Assembly (NCBI GenBank): GCA_963831365.1
Contig: CAWHPV010000016.1
Span: forward strand, 592 to 64,591
Length of the DNA stretch: 64,000 bases
Source: an uncultured Thermoleophilaceae bacterium
GTDB taxonomy: Bacteria; Actinomycetota; Thermoleophilia; Solirubrobacterales; Thermoleophilaceae
Reading direction: 5' to 3'
The translations under genes were made by a program, and so were the position numbers. The notes below the pieces were generated by a model. The model saw only the letters and a list, made by a program, of their open reading frames with translations. It had not been told where the DNA came from and searched no databases. Position 1 is the first letter of the stretch. Each line of letters starts with the position of its first letter. This document shows positions 40,396-49,917 of the stretch, piece by piece.

Positions 40396-41552
40396 GTGCA
40401 CGCGGACCAGCTCCTCCGGCCCTGGCTCGACTCGCTACTCGAGCGGCTCCCGGGACTGGCGGCGATCGACGTGCACAGCCACCTCGGGGCGAGCGACCCG
40501 GACGGATTTCGCTCGTCGGAGCCGGCGCTCGTCGCGGCGCTCGAGCGGGCGGAGGCGCGCGCCTTCGTCTTCCCGATGCACGAGCCCGCCGGCTATCCGC
40601 CGGCGAACGACCGCATGATCGAGGCGGCCGACCGCTCCGGCGGGCGGCTGATCCCGTTCTGCCGCGTGGACCCGGCGAACGGGGGCGCCCGCGAGGCGGA
40701 GCGGTGCGCTCGACTCCGGCGCGTGCGGGGTGAAGCTCCATCCGCGCGCCGAGCGCTTCACGCTGTCGGACCCGAGCGTCGGGGAGATCGTCGCGCTCGC
40801 GGCCGAACGGCGTGTGCCAACGATCGTGCACGCCGGCCGCGGCATCCCGGCGCTCGGTCGCGACGCGCTCAGGCTTGCCGAGCGCTTCCGGGACGCGAAC
40901 GTGATCCTCGCCCACGCGGGGATCTCCGACCTCGCCTGGATCTGGCGCCACGTCGCCGGAGTGCCCGAACCTGCTCTTCGACACCACCTGGTGGAACCCG
41001 GTCGACCTCCTCGCGCTGTTCGCACTGGTGCCGCCCGGGCAGGTCCTGTACGGGAGCGACGCGCCGTACGGGACCCCGGTGCAGGCCGCGATCCTCACCC
41101 TCCGCTGCGCCCTGCAGTCGGGGCTCGGCACCGATCAGGTCCGCGGCGTGATGGGGCAGCAGGCCGAGCGCCTCGTGGCCGGCGAGAGCCCGCTCGACCT
41201 CGGCCCGCCGCCGGCTCCGCGCCGGCTCGAGTCCGACCTGCTGCTCGAGCGAGCGTTCGTACAGCTCTCCATGGCCACCGCGCGCCTGCTCCACGGGGAG
41301 TCGGCGACCCAGGAGCTCGGCCTCGCCCGGCTGGCGTGCAACGTCGGCGAGGACGCGCCCCAGGCGCCCGTCTGCCGCTCGATCCTCGCCCTCCTGGACC
41401 GCGCCGAGCGCGACCCCGGCGACCCGGTCGGCGCGCGGCCACAGGCGCCCGGCACCCACCTGGTGGTCACGGCCACGGGCGTGGCGAAGACCCCCGCTGT
41501 CGCCCTGCCGCCCGATCCGGAGCCCGTCCAGGTGGGGCAAAGGCGGGCCTGA
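40396..41552 (+). pseudogene. amidohydrolase-2 (TIM-barrel metal hydrolase) family, frame broken twice as assembled
   Basis: AIDVHSHLG lies in the frame of 40009. GVKLHPRAERF...VILAHAG lies in the frame of 40730. NLLFDTTWWNP...YGSDAPYG lies in the frame of 41028. Junctions are near 40708 and 40960. Confidence 0.75.
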
Positions 41553-41674
41553 GCGAGCGCCCGGACCGGAGTGCGGCGGCCGGATCCCCTGCTAGCGTGC
41601 GCCGCTTCGGTCCCCGCAGGCGCGCCGGGCGGCGCCCCCCGACGCACGTGATCCGACCTCGCCGACACCTCGTC
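41553..41674 (+). promoter_or_regulatory. GC-rich 122-nt leader of the RlpA-like gene; weak candidate cis-regulatory RNA
   Basis: The 3' end reads GUGAUCCGAC...ACCUCGUCAUGCG. This resembles my recollection of the 3' conserved block of the ydaO/c-di-AMP riboswitch (..AUCCG.CAGCUAACCUCGUAAGCG). The 5' blocks are not recognisable by eye. Confidence 0.2.
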
Positions 41675-42574
41675 ATGCGCCCGCTCGCCCTGGCGGTCGT
41701 CGGCCTCGCGTTCGCAGCAAGCCCCGCGGCGGCCGCGCAGGTCTCCGACGTGGACATCGAGGCCGACGACTCCCGCGTGGCGCGCGGCGAGTCGGTCGAG
41801 CTGCGCGGATCGGTGTCGCCGAAGCTCGACGACCGCCGGATCGAGCTCAAGTTCAAGACCGCGAAGGGCGACTACGACAAGCTCGACGAGACGCGCACCG
41901 ACGGCGACGGGGACTACGACTTCGAGGTGACGCCGGACTTCACGGGCCGCTACCGGGCGGTCGCTGTGGACGACTCGGGCGAGAAGGAGGCCGAGAGCGG
42001 GCGCGTCGACGTCAAGGTGGACGCGGCCCTCACCGCCCGGACCAAGAAGGACGTGCTGCGCGGCAAGGACATCGCGATCCGGGGCCGGCTCGCACCGGGC
42101 GTGCGCGACCGCAAGGTTACGATCCAGCGCCAGCGGAACGGCGACTGGGACCGCATCGCCATCGCGAGGACTGACGGCGACGGCGGGTACCGCGCGGAGT
42201 GGACGCCCGAGGAGCTCGGGAGCTTCCCGGTGCGGGCGAAGTTCGAGGGCGACGACCTGAACGGCGCCATCAAGCAGCAGGTCGAGCACCGCGTGCACGT
42301 CTACCGCTCCGCGGTCTCGTCCTGGTACGGGCCGGGGCTGTACGGCAACACGACCGCCTGCGGGCAGACGCTCCGCCCGGACACCGTGGGCGTGGCGCAC
42401 AAGACGCTGCCGTGCGGCACCAAGGTCGCGCTTCCACTACCGCGGCGAGACGGAGAAGGTCCGCGTCATCGACCGCGGCCCGTTCATCGCGGGGCGCGAG
42501 TGGGACCTGACCGAGGCGGCGAAGCGCAGGCTCGGCTTCCCGGACCTCGACGGACGGTCTGGTCGACGCGGTAG
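41675..42574 (+). pseudogene. secreted RlpA-like (DPBB) protein with N-terminal repeat domains, frame broken twice as assembled
   Basis: Signal peptide MRPLALAVVGLAFAASPAAAA and DPBB core SWYGPGLYGNTTACGQTL...LPCGTKV. Out of frame from about 42428 (RFHYRGETEKVRVIDRGPFIAGREWDLT) until about 42553. Confidence 0.75.
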
Positions 42575-42588
42575 CCGCGCGGCGAGCG

Positions 42589-43679
42589 CTACAGCGTCGA
42601 GGCTCCATCTGGGCCTCCGCCTCGGCGGCCGTCGGCCCGCGGCGCTCGCTCCAGCCCGGCGACGCGCACCCCGAGCAGGCGCACCGGGCGCGCGCGGGTC
42701 GAGCTCGCGCAGCAGGTCGCGTGGCCACGCGGGTCAGCGACCGCCCGGTCGACCGGGGCTCGGCGAGCGTGCGCGCGCGGGTGTGGGTCGAGAAGTCGTC
42801 GAGGCGGACCTTGATGCCGACCGTGCGGCCGCGGCGCCCGTGCGCTCGCAGGTCGCGCGCACAGCTGCCGCGGCCAGGCCGCTCGAGCGACGGGCTCGAG
42901 CGCGCCCAGGCCGACGCAGGTCGCGGTCGAAGGTCGTCTCGCGCGACTCCGACTTGCGCGACCCGGACCGTCTGGAGCGGGCGCTCGTCCTCGAAGCGCG
43001 CCAGGCCGCCCAGGTAGCGGGCCCAGGCGGGCGCCGAACCACTCGGTCAGCAGCTCGTCGGGCGTCCGGCCGCAGCGCGTCCAGCGTCGTGATCCCGCGC
43101 TCCGCGAGCCGCTCGACGGTCTTCGGGCCGATGCCCGGGATCAGCGCGGGGGAGGCGTCCGCGAACCGCTCGCGCGGCCTCCGCGCGCGGTGAGGACCAC
43201 GAAGCCGTCGGGCTTCTCCGCGTCCGAGGCGACCTTGGCCACCAGCTTGTTCGGGCCGATGCCGATCGAGCAGCCGAGGCCCGTGCCGCTCGCGATCGGC
43301 GCGCCTTGACGCCGCGCGCCGCGGCGCGCGGGCGCTCGAGCGCCGGTCAGGTCGAGGTAGGCCTCGTCCAGGCCCACCACCTCGACGCGCTCGACGTGCT
43401 CGCGCAGCACCGCCATCACCTCGCGCGAGCGCTCGCGGTAGGCGTCGAAGTCCGGCGGCACGAAGACGGCGTCGCGGGCACAGCCGCCGCGCCCGCGCCG
43501 CGGGCGTGGCCGAGAAGACCCCGAACCGGCGCGCCTCGTAGCTCGCGGTGGTGACGACCGCGCGCGGCCCGCTGCCGGCCACGACGACCGGCTTGCCGCG
43601 CAGCTCCGGGCGCCGCTGCAGCTCGACGCTCGACGTAGAAGGCGTCCATGTCGACGTGGGCGATCGAGCGCGGTCCCAT
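42589..43679 (-). pseudogene. dinB: DNA polymerase IV, frame broken about 8 or more times as assembled; 3' end approximate
   Basis: [16 protein letters not shown], then the family sequence hops between all three frames: [19 protein letters not shown] / [16 protein letters not shown]...[11 protein letters not shown] / [19 protein letters not shown] / [11 protein letters not shown] / [22 protein letters not shown] / VRLLGVRVAGL. Confidence 0.85.
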
Positions 43680-43716
43680 CGCGCTCGACGCTACGCCGCG
43701 GGCCGGATGCCGGCGG

Positions 43717-44411
43717 TCAGATCGGCTGGCGGATCGGCCGGATCAGGACCTCGTTCACGTCCACGTGCGCGCGGCTGGGAGAGCGCGTACAGGACCGCGC
43801 GCGCGATGTCGTCGGCCTGCGAGCGCGCCCTGGACCGGGTTGTCGAAGAACGGCGTGTCGACCATTCCCGGCTCGATCAGCGTGACCTTGATGTCGCGAG
43901 TCCGAGACCTCCTGGCGGAGCGCCTCGCCCATCGCGGTGACCGCCCACTTGGTGGCCGAGTAGAGCGACCCCGGCAGGGCGCGCCGGCCGGCCACCGAGC
44001 CGGTGAGGAGGAAGTGCCCGCGTCCGGGCTCCCTGAAGTGGGGCAGGACGGCGCGGATCGAGAGCGCGGCGCCGAGCACGTTGGTGTCGATCATCGAGCG
44101 CCAGTGCTCGACGCTCTCCTCGAGGAACCCGCGCTTGGCGCCGAAGCCGGCGTTGGCGAAGGCGGCGTCGAGCCGGCCGAAGCGGTCGAGCGCCGTGGCC
44201 ACGAGCGCCTGCTGGTCGTCCCAGCTCGACACGTCGCAGCGCCGCGCCACCGCGCGCTCGTCGCCGCCCAGCTCGTCGGCCAGGCTCGCGAGCTTGTCCT
44301 CCGAGCGCGCGCCGAGCACGACGCGCTACCCGGCGTCCACGGCCTGGCGGGCGGTCGCGGCGCCGATGCCGCTGCTCGCGCCGGTGATCAGCAGCACCGG
44401 ACTTCGGCCAT
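43717..44411 (-). pseudogene. short-chain dehydrogenase/reductase, frameshifts plus an in-frame TAG as assembled
   Basis: ATG at 44411, with the frame lost within about 5 codons (expected VLLITGASSGIG). An in-frame TAG sits at 44326-44328 (DAG*RVVLGAR). YSATKWAV is present, and there are further shifts before the ...AHVDVNEVLIRP terminus. Confidence 0.75.
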
Positions 44412-44466
44412 GCGCGGCTTTCTAGCAGGTCGCCCGCGCGGCGCTCCGGCAGTACGCTGCCCGCCA

Positions 44467-45485
44467 ATGGCCGAGGCCGCGAGTCAGGCGACCAGGGCGC
44501 AAGCCCGATTTCCGGCAGTGAAGCCGGCGAGCGGCCACTACGAGAGCTTCTACCTCAAGGCGGCGCACCCGGACGAGCCGGTCGCGGTCTGGATCCGCTA
44601 CACGGTCCACAAGGCGCCCGGCGCCGCGGCACACGGCTCCTTGTGGTTCACGCTGTTCGAGCGCGGCTCCCGCCCGGTGGCCTCCAAGGTGACGCTCGGG
44701 CCCGGCGAGCTCGCGGCCCCCGACGGCGCCTACGTCGCGCTCGGCGACAGCATGTTCGGTCCCGGCCGGGTCGAGGGGCACGTCGCGAGCGACCGCCTCG
44801 ACGCCTCCTGGGAGCTCGACCTCGAGCCCGGCGCCGACGCGATCCGCCACCTGCCCCGAGGATGGATGTACACGCGCACCGATTCCGCGCACGAAGCTCG
44901 AGAGCCCGCACCCGGCGACCCGCTTCAGCGGCGTCGTGCGGGCCGGAGAGCGCACGATCGAGCTCGACGGCTGGCCCGGCATGGTCGGCCACAACTGGGG
45001 CGCCCAGCACGCGGAGCGCTGGATCTGGCTCCAGGGGGCGAGCTTCGCCGGGCACGGCCCGCGACACGTGGCTCGACGTGGCGCTCGGGCGCATCAAGCT
45101 CGGTCCCGCGACCACGCCCTGGATCGCGAACGGTGTTCTCTCGCTCGACGGCGTGCGCCAGCGTCTGGGCGGGATCGAGCGGGTGCGCTCGACCGAGGTG
45201 GCCGAGACGCCGCGGGGCTGCGAGTTCGCGCTGCCCGGGCCGGGGCTGACGGTCACGGGGCGTGTGCGCGCCGACGCCGCCGAGCTTCGTGGGCTGGGTC
45301 TACGCCGACCCCGACGGCTCGGAGCACAACACCGTGAACTGCTCGATCGCGGCGATGGAGCTGACGCGTCCGCCGCAAGGACGCGCCCGAGGTCGAGCTC
45401 GCGACCGCCCACGGCGCCGCCTACGAGCTCGGCATGCGCGAGACGCGACCACGGCATGGAGATCCAGCCGTTCCCGGACGGATAG
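44467..45485 (+). pseudogene. conserved hypothetical protein, frame broken about 5 times as assembled
   Basis: A coherent protein can be threaded through three frames, with junctions near 44878, 45058, 45283, 45373 and 45447 (e.g. RFSGVVRAGERTIELDGWPGMVGHNWGAQHAERWIWLQG / WLDVALGRIKLGP / FVGWVYADPDGSEHNTVNCSIA / HGMEIQPFPDG*). Confidence 0.55.
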
Positions 45486-45500
45486 CCGGTCCGCGGCCAT

Positions 45501-45545
45501 GAATCCAATGCTCGATAACGCATCTTATGTCAACTCGATGCGAAG
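45501..45545 (+). promoter_or_regulatory. AT-rich island with a short inverted repeat; probable promoter/operator region
   Basis: gaatccaatgctcgataacgcatcttatgtcaactcgatgcgaag is by eye the most AT-rich stretch in the window. CGCATC (45519-24) pairs with GATGCG (45537-42). CTCGAT is repeated at 45511 and 45535. Confidence 0.25.
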
Positions 45546-45593
45546 AAAGCCTCGCGCCGACGGCCGACCGGCTGACGGGCCGTAAGGCGCGCG

Positions 45594-46991
45594 GTGCTCC
45601 ACACCCCCCACGGCTGGTGGCTCGACGAGGCCGGGCCGGTGAGCGCCGAACCCCGGCTCGAGGGCGTCCACGAGGCCGACGTCGTCGTGGTCGGCGGCGG
45701 CTACACGGGCCTCTGGACGGCCTGGCACGTGCTCGAACATGATCCCGGCGCGCGGGTGGCGATCGTCGAGGCCGAGCTGGCGGGACACGGGCCGAGCGGG
45801 CGCAACGGCGGCTTCTGCGAGTCGCTCTGGCTCGCCCTCCCGCGCCTCAGGCGCCGACTCGGCGACGCCGACGCCCGGCGCCTCGCCGAGGCCTCCAGCG
45901 AGAGCGTGCTGGCGGTCGGCGCGTGGTGCGCCGAGCAGGACGTCGACGCATGGTTCGACCAGTCGGGCTACATGCTCGTCTCGACCGCGGCCGCGCAGGA
46001 TGGTGCCGGGCACGCCGCGGTCGAGGCGGCGCGCGCGGTCGAGGCGCCCGATCGCGTCGTCGCGCTCGATCGCGCCGGCGTTAGCGCGCGCTGCGCGTCG
46101 CCCGCGTTCCGCGGCGGCGTCCTGGTGCCGGACTACGCGACGCTCCAGCCGGCGCGCCTCGCGCTCGGCCTGCGCCGCCGCCTGATCGAGCGCGGCGCCG
46201 CGATCTTCGAGCGCTCGCCGGTGACGAGGCTCGCCGTGACAGGGCGCCGGGCGGTCGAGGTCGCCGCCGGCGACGGGACCGTCAGGGCGCAGGCCGGCGT
46301 CCTCGCGATGGGCGCCGCGTCGCGGGGCGTCGCCCCGCTCCGCTCGCGGCTCTCGGTGACGTCCTCCCACATCGTCCTCACGGAGCCGGTCCCCGACGTG
46401 ATCGAGGCCGCCGGCTGGACCGGCGGCGAGGGCATCACGGACGGGCGGACGCTGCTCCACTACATGCGGACGACCCGCGACGGGCGCATCGCGTACGGCT
46501 GGGGCGGCGGGCGACCCGCCTTCGGGGCGCGGGTGCGCGGGCGCGCCGCCGTTGACCCGACGCTCACAGAGACGATCGCCGAGGCCCTGATCCGCGTCTT
46601 CCCCGCCCTGCGCGGCCGCGCGCTGACGCACGCCTGGGGCGGCCCGATCGACGTCTCGCCGAGCCACCTGGCGCAGATCGGCTCGCTCCCCGGCGCGCCG
46701 GTCCACTACGCCTTCGGCTTCACCGGCAACGGCGTCGGGCCCTCGCACCTCGCGGGCCGCATCCTGTCGTCGCTCGCCCTCGACCGCCGCGACGAGGCGA
46801 GCCGGCTCCCGCTCGTCGAGCCCGAGCGGCTCGCGGTCCCCCCCGAGCCAATCGCCTGGCTGGGAGGCAGCCTCGTGCGGCGCGCATTCCTGCGCCGCGA
46901 CCGGCTGGAGGAGGAGGGCCGGCGAATCGACCCGGTCACGCGCGCGGTCTGCGCCGCGCCGCGAGCGTTCGGAATCCACGTCGGCCGCTGA
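45594..46991 (+). CDS. FAD-dependent oxidoreductase (DAO family)
   Basis: 465-aa intact ORF with a GTG start. The dinucleotide-binding motif is VVVVGGGYTGLWTA. Confidence 0.8.
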   Translation: MLHTPHGWWLDEAGPVSAEPRLEGVHEADVVVVGGGYTGLWTAWHVLEHDPGARVAIVEAELAGHGPSGRNGGFCESLWLALPRLRRRLGDADARRLAEASSESVLAVGAWCAEQDVDAWFDQSGYMLVSTAAAQDGAGHAAVEAARAVEAPDRVVALDRAGVSARCASPAFRGGVLVPDYATLQPARLALGLRRRLIERGAAIFERSPVTRLAVTGRRAVEVAAGDGTVRAQAGVLAMGAASRGVAPLRSRLSVTSSHIVLTEPVPDVIEAAGWTGGEGITDGRTLLHYMRTTRDGRIAYGWGGGRPAFGARVRGRAAVDPTLTETIAEALIRVFPALRGRALTHAWGGPIDVSPSHLAQIGSLPGAPVHYAFGFTGNGVGPSHLAGRILSSLALDRRDEASRLPLVEPERLAVPPEPIAWLGGSLVRRAFLRRDRLEEEGRRIDPVTRAVCAAPRAFGIHVGR

Positions 46992-47004
46992 CGGCGGCCC
47001 CTCC

Positions 47005-48339
47005 CTAGCCGACGGTGACCTCCGCCCCGCGGCTCGGGGTGAGCGTCACGGCCCGCCGCGACACCCGCTCGGAACCCGGGTGTGCCGGCCGGAGGCGCGC
47101 GCTCCGCACGACGGCACGGAGCACGGTCCTCATCTCGAAGGTCGCGAAGCTCGCCCCGAGGCAGCGGCGGACCCCGCCGCCGAACGGGATCCAGGTGTAG
47201 GTGCCGGGCGGGGTCTCGAGGAAGCGCTCGGGGCGGAAGCGGTGCGGCTCCGGGTAGATCTCGGGGCGGCGGTGCACGAGATGGATGCAGGGCGCGACCC
47301 GCATCCCGGCGGGAAGCTCGTACCCGCCGAGCTCGACCGGCTCGGTCAGGTGCCGTAGGACCACCGGCAGGACGGGCCTGAGGCGGAGCGTCTCGGTGAC
47401 GACCGCGTCGAGGTAGGCGTCCTCCCCCACCGCGAGCTCGTCGCCGAGGCGCTCGAGCTTGGCCGGGTGTCGGACCAGCCGCTCGATCGCCCACGCCAGC
47501 GCCGTGGCCGTCGTCTCGTGGCCGGCGACGAGCAGCGTCATCAGCTCGTCGCGAAGCTCGGCGTCGCCCATCGGGCGACCGTCCTCGTGGCGCGCGCCGA
47601 TCAGGAGCGACAGCACGTCGTCCCGCTCCCCCACCTCCGGGTCGGCCCGGCGGTGCCGGATCTCGTCGAGGAGGAGCGCGTCGACCGGCTCGCGGGCGCG
47701 TCGGAAACGCGCGTCGCGCTCGACGCGCTCGGGGCCGAGAACGGCGAAGGCGACGAGGCGCAGCGGGCTCGCGGTCCAGTCGAGCATCTCGCCGAGTGCG
47801 GCGCGGAGGCGCTCGAGCCGGCGGCCGTCGCGCACGCCGAAGACCGCACGCATGATCACCTCGAGCGTGACCGCCTGCATCCGCGGGCGGATCGCGAACG
47901 GCTCTCCCACCGGCCAGGTGGCGATCTCGCGCTCGGCCACCGCGGTCATCAGGTCCCCGTAGCGCTCCATCCGGTCGCCGTGGAACGACGGCAGCATCAG
48001 CTTGCGCTGGGCCATGTGCGGCGCCTCGTCGAGCAGGAGCACCGAGTGGCTTCCGAGGACCGGACCGAGGACGGCGTTCGCCTCGCCAGCGTGGAAGACG
48101 CGTGGATCGCCCGTGAAGACCCGCTTCACGTCGTCGGGGTCGGCTAGGAACGTCCACGTGCCCTCGGCGGCGATCTTGAGCGCGAACACGTCGCCGTAGC
48201 GCCGCCGGCAGCGCTCGATGAACGGGAGCGGTCGCTTGACCCAGCCGAGCGTGGCGAGAGGCCGCGGATAGGCGGGGCCCGGCGGCAGGCGTCTCGCCTC
48301 GGTCGGGGTCACGATCGGATTATCCCCCCGGTGAACCAT
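47005..48339 (-). CDS. cytochrome P450
   Basis: 444 aa with the heme-thiolate loop FGGGVRRCLGASFA and I-helix LLVAGHETT. Confidence 0.9.
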   Translation of the reverse strand: MVHRGDNPIVTPTEARRLPPGPAYPRPLATLGWVKRPLPFIERCRRRYGDVFALKIAAEGTWTFLADPDDVKRVFTGDPRVFHAGEANAVLGPVLGSHSVLLLDEAPHMAQRKLMLPSFHGDRMERYGDLMTAVAEREIATWPVGEPFAIRPRMQAVTLEVIMRAVFGVRDGRRLERLRAALGEMLDWTASPLRLVAFAVLGPERVERDARFRRAREPVDALLLDEIRHRRADPEVGERDDVLSLLIGARHEDGRPMGDAELRDELMTLLVAGHETTATALAWAIERLVRHPAKLERLGDELAVGEDAYLDAVVTETLRLRPVLPVVLRHLTEPVELGGYELPAGMRVAPCIHLVHRRPEIYPEPHRFRPERFLETPPGTYTWIPFGGGVRRCLGASFATFEMRTVLRAVVRSARLRPAHPGSERVSRRAVTLTPSRGAEVTVG

Positions 48340-48395
48340 CCCGGCCCAACCCGCGAATGAGCCTTACTACCGAAAGCCATGAAGGGAGCTCGACA

Positions 48396-49211
48396 GTGGG
48401 CAGCAAACGTCTATTCCGCCGCAGCATGGTGCTGGGGTGCGTCACCGCGCTGGCGCTGCCGGTCGCCGCGCAGGCGGCCGATCGCACGTTCTACGGCGTC
48501 GACGAGGAGCAGAACCTCGTCGAGTTCCAGCGCAACTCGTCCGAGGACATCCGCTCCTCGAAGCCGATCACGGGGCTTCCGATGGGCGAGAAGCTCGTCG
48601 GTATCGACTTCCGGCCGAAGACCGGGGACCTGTACGGCGTCGGCACGGACAGCAACATCTACCGGGTCAACCCGCGGACGGCGATCGCCATCGCCGAGTC
48701 CGGGTCGTCGTTCTCGCCGAACCTGAACGGAAACCGTTTCGGCGTCGACTTCAATCCCGTGCCGGACAGGCTCAGGATCACGAGCGACGATGAGCAGAAC
48801 CTGCGGTGCGACGTGGACGCGAACACGTGCATCAACGACGGCGCGATCAACCGCGGCTCGGACGATCCGAACGTGGTCGGGTCCGCGTACACGAACTCGT
48901 CGTTCAGCTTCGTCCAGCCGGGCGCGACCGTGCTCTATGCGGCGGACTCGGACAGGGACGCGATCTACACGCAGGACCCGCCGAACAACGGCACGCTGGT
49001 CGATGAGGAGCCGGTCGACTTCAACATGCGGAGCCGGCTCGGGTTCGACATCGCGGGGACGAACAACGTGGGCTACGTCACCACGGCGACGAGCAGCAAG
49101 ACGGAGCTCTTCCGCGTCGACGTCCAGGACGGCGACAGTAAGGAGCTCGGGCGCGTCGGCGACGACCTGACCCTCATCGGCCTCGCGGCCGAGCAGGACC
49201 AGGCCAACTAG
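48396..49211 (+). CDS. secreted DUF4394-domain protein
   Basis: GTG at 48396, preceded by AAGGGAG. The signal peptide is KRLFRRSMVLGCVTALALPVAAQA. It contains FYGVDEEQNLVEF...LVGIDFRPKTGDLYGVG...FGVDFNPVPDRLRITSD. Confidence 0.75.
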   Translation: MGSKRLFRRSMVLGCVTALALPVAAQAADRTFYGVDEEQNLVEFQRNSSEDIRSSKPITGLPMGEKLVGIDFRPKTGDLYGVGTDSNIYRVNPRTAIAIAESGSSFSPNLNGNRFGVDFNPVPDRLRITSDDEQNLRCDVDANTCINDGAINRGSDDPNVVGSAYTNSSFSFVQPGATVLYAADSDRDAIYTQDPPNNGTLVDEEPVDFNMRSRLGFDIAGTNNVGYVTTATSSKTELFRVDVQDGDSKELGRVGDDLTLIGLAAEQDQAN

Positions 49212-49232
49212 CAGGGCCCGGCCGCGAAGCGC

Positions 49233-49266
49233 GCGGGGCGGGGCGGCACAGGTCGCCTCGCCCCGC
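49233..49266 (+). terminator. GC-rich hairpin downstream of the DUF4394 gene
   Basis: GCGGGGCG (49233-40) pairs with CGCCCCGC (49259-66) around an 18-nt loop. There is no clear U-tract. Confidence 0.35.
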
Positions 49267-49305
49267 TCGTCGTCCCGGGCAAGCCGTCTGGCAGACTGCT
49301 CGGTC

Positions 49306-49908
49306 GTGGCCAAGCAGCGTCAGGTCAAGATGCAGCAGCAGGGGAACCTCGCGGCCATCCCCCAGCTCGAGAGCCGGACGGACGAGCAGCTCCTGAGCGA
49401 GTCGAAGCACCGAGCCGCGGCGCGAGCGATCCTGGGCGCGCGGGCGGCCGAGCGCTACGACGCGGAGACGGCACGCAGCTACTTCAACCAGGCGCTCGCC
49501 GGCAGCCATCCCCAGGAGCGCGCCGCCCTGAGGCAGATGATGAAGGCCTCGCTGGCGCTCGCCGAGCGGCGTCCCGACGAGCTCAAGGAGGCGGTCGAGC
49601 GGCTCGGGCAGGCGCCCCCATCGGGGCGCCAGCTCCTGATGCTCCGCCTGATGGGGCTCGTGGCCCCTCCGCCCGGATCGAGCATCCTGTTGCGGGCGCG
49701 CGGGATCCTGCTGCTCGTCGTGATCGTGATCGTCCTCCTCGCCGCCGGCTACGGCCTGGCGGAGCTCGTCGCCCTGCCGTTCGGGGGCGTCGGCCTGATC
49801 GGTGGGCTGATCGTCGGCCTCCTGATCGTCGCCGTGGTGCTCGGCGTCCTGACGCTCGTCGGACGCCGGCGGCAGGCGCGAGCGGCGGCGGAACGCGCCG
49901 CGGGCTGA
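49306..49908 (+). CDS. hypothetical membrane protein
   Basis: 200 aa with a GTG start, a helical soluble N-half and two C-terminal hydrophobic segments (ILLLVVIVIVLLAAGYGLA, LIGGLIVGLLIVAVVLGVL). Confidence 0.5.
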   Translation: MAKQRQVKMQQQGNLAAIPQLESRTDEQLLSESKHRAAARAILGARAAERYDAETARSYFNQALAGSHPQERAALRQMMKASLALAERRPDELKEAVERLGQAPPSGRQLLMLRLMGLVAPPPGSSILLRARGILLLVVIVIVLLAAGYGLAELVALPFGGVGLIGGLIVGLLIVAVVLGVLTLVGRRRQARAAAERAAG

Positions 49909-49917
49909 GCCCGCCGC

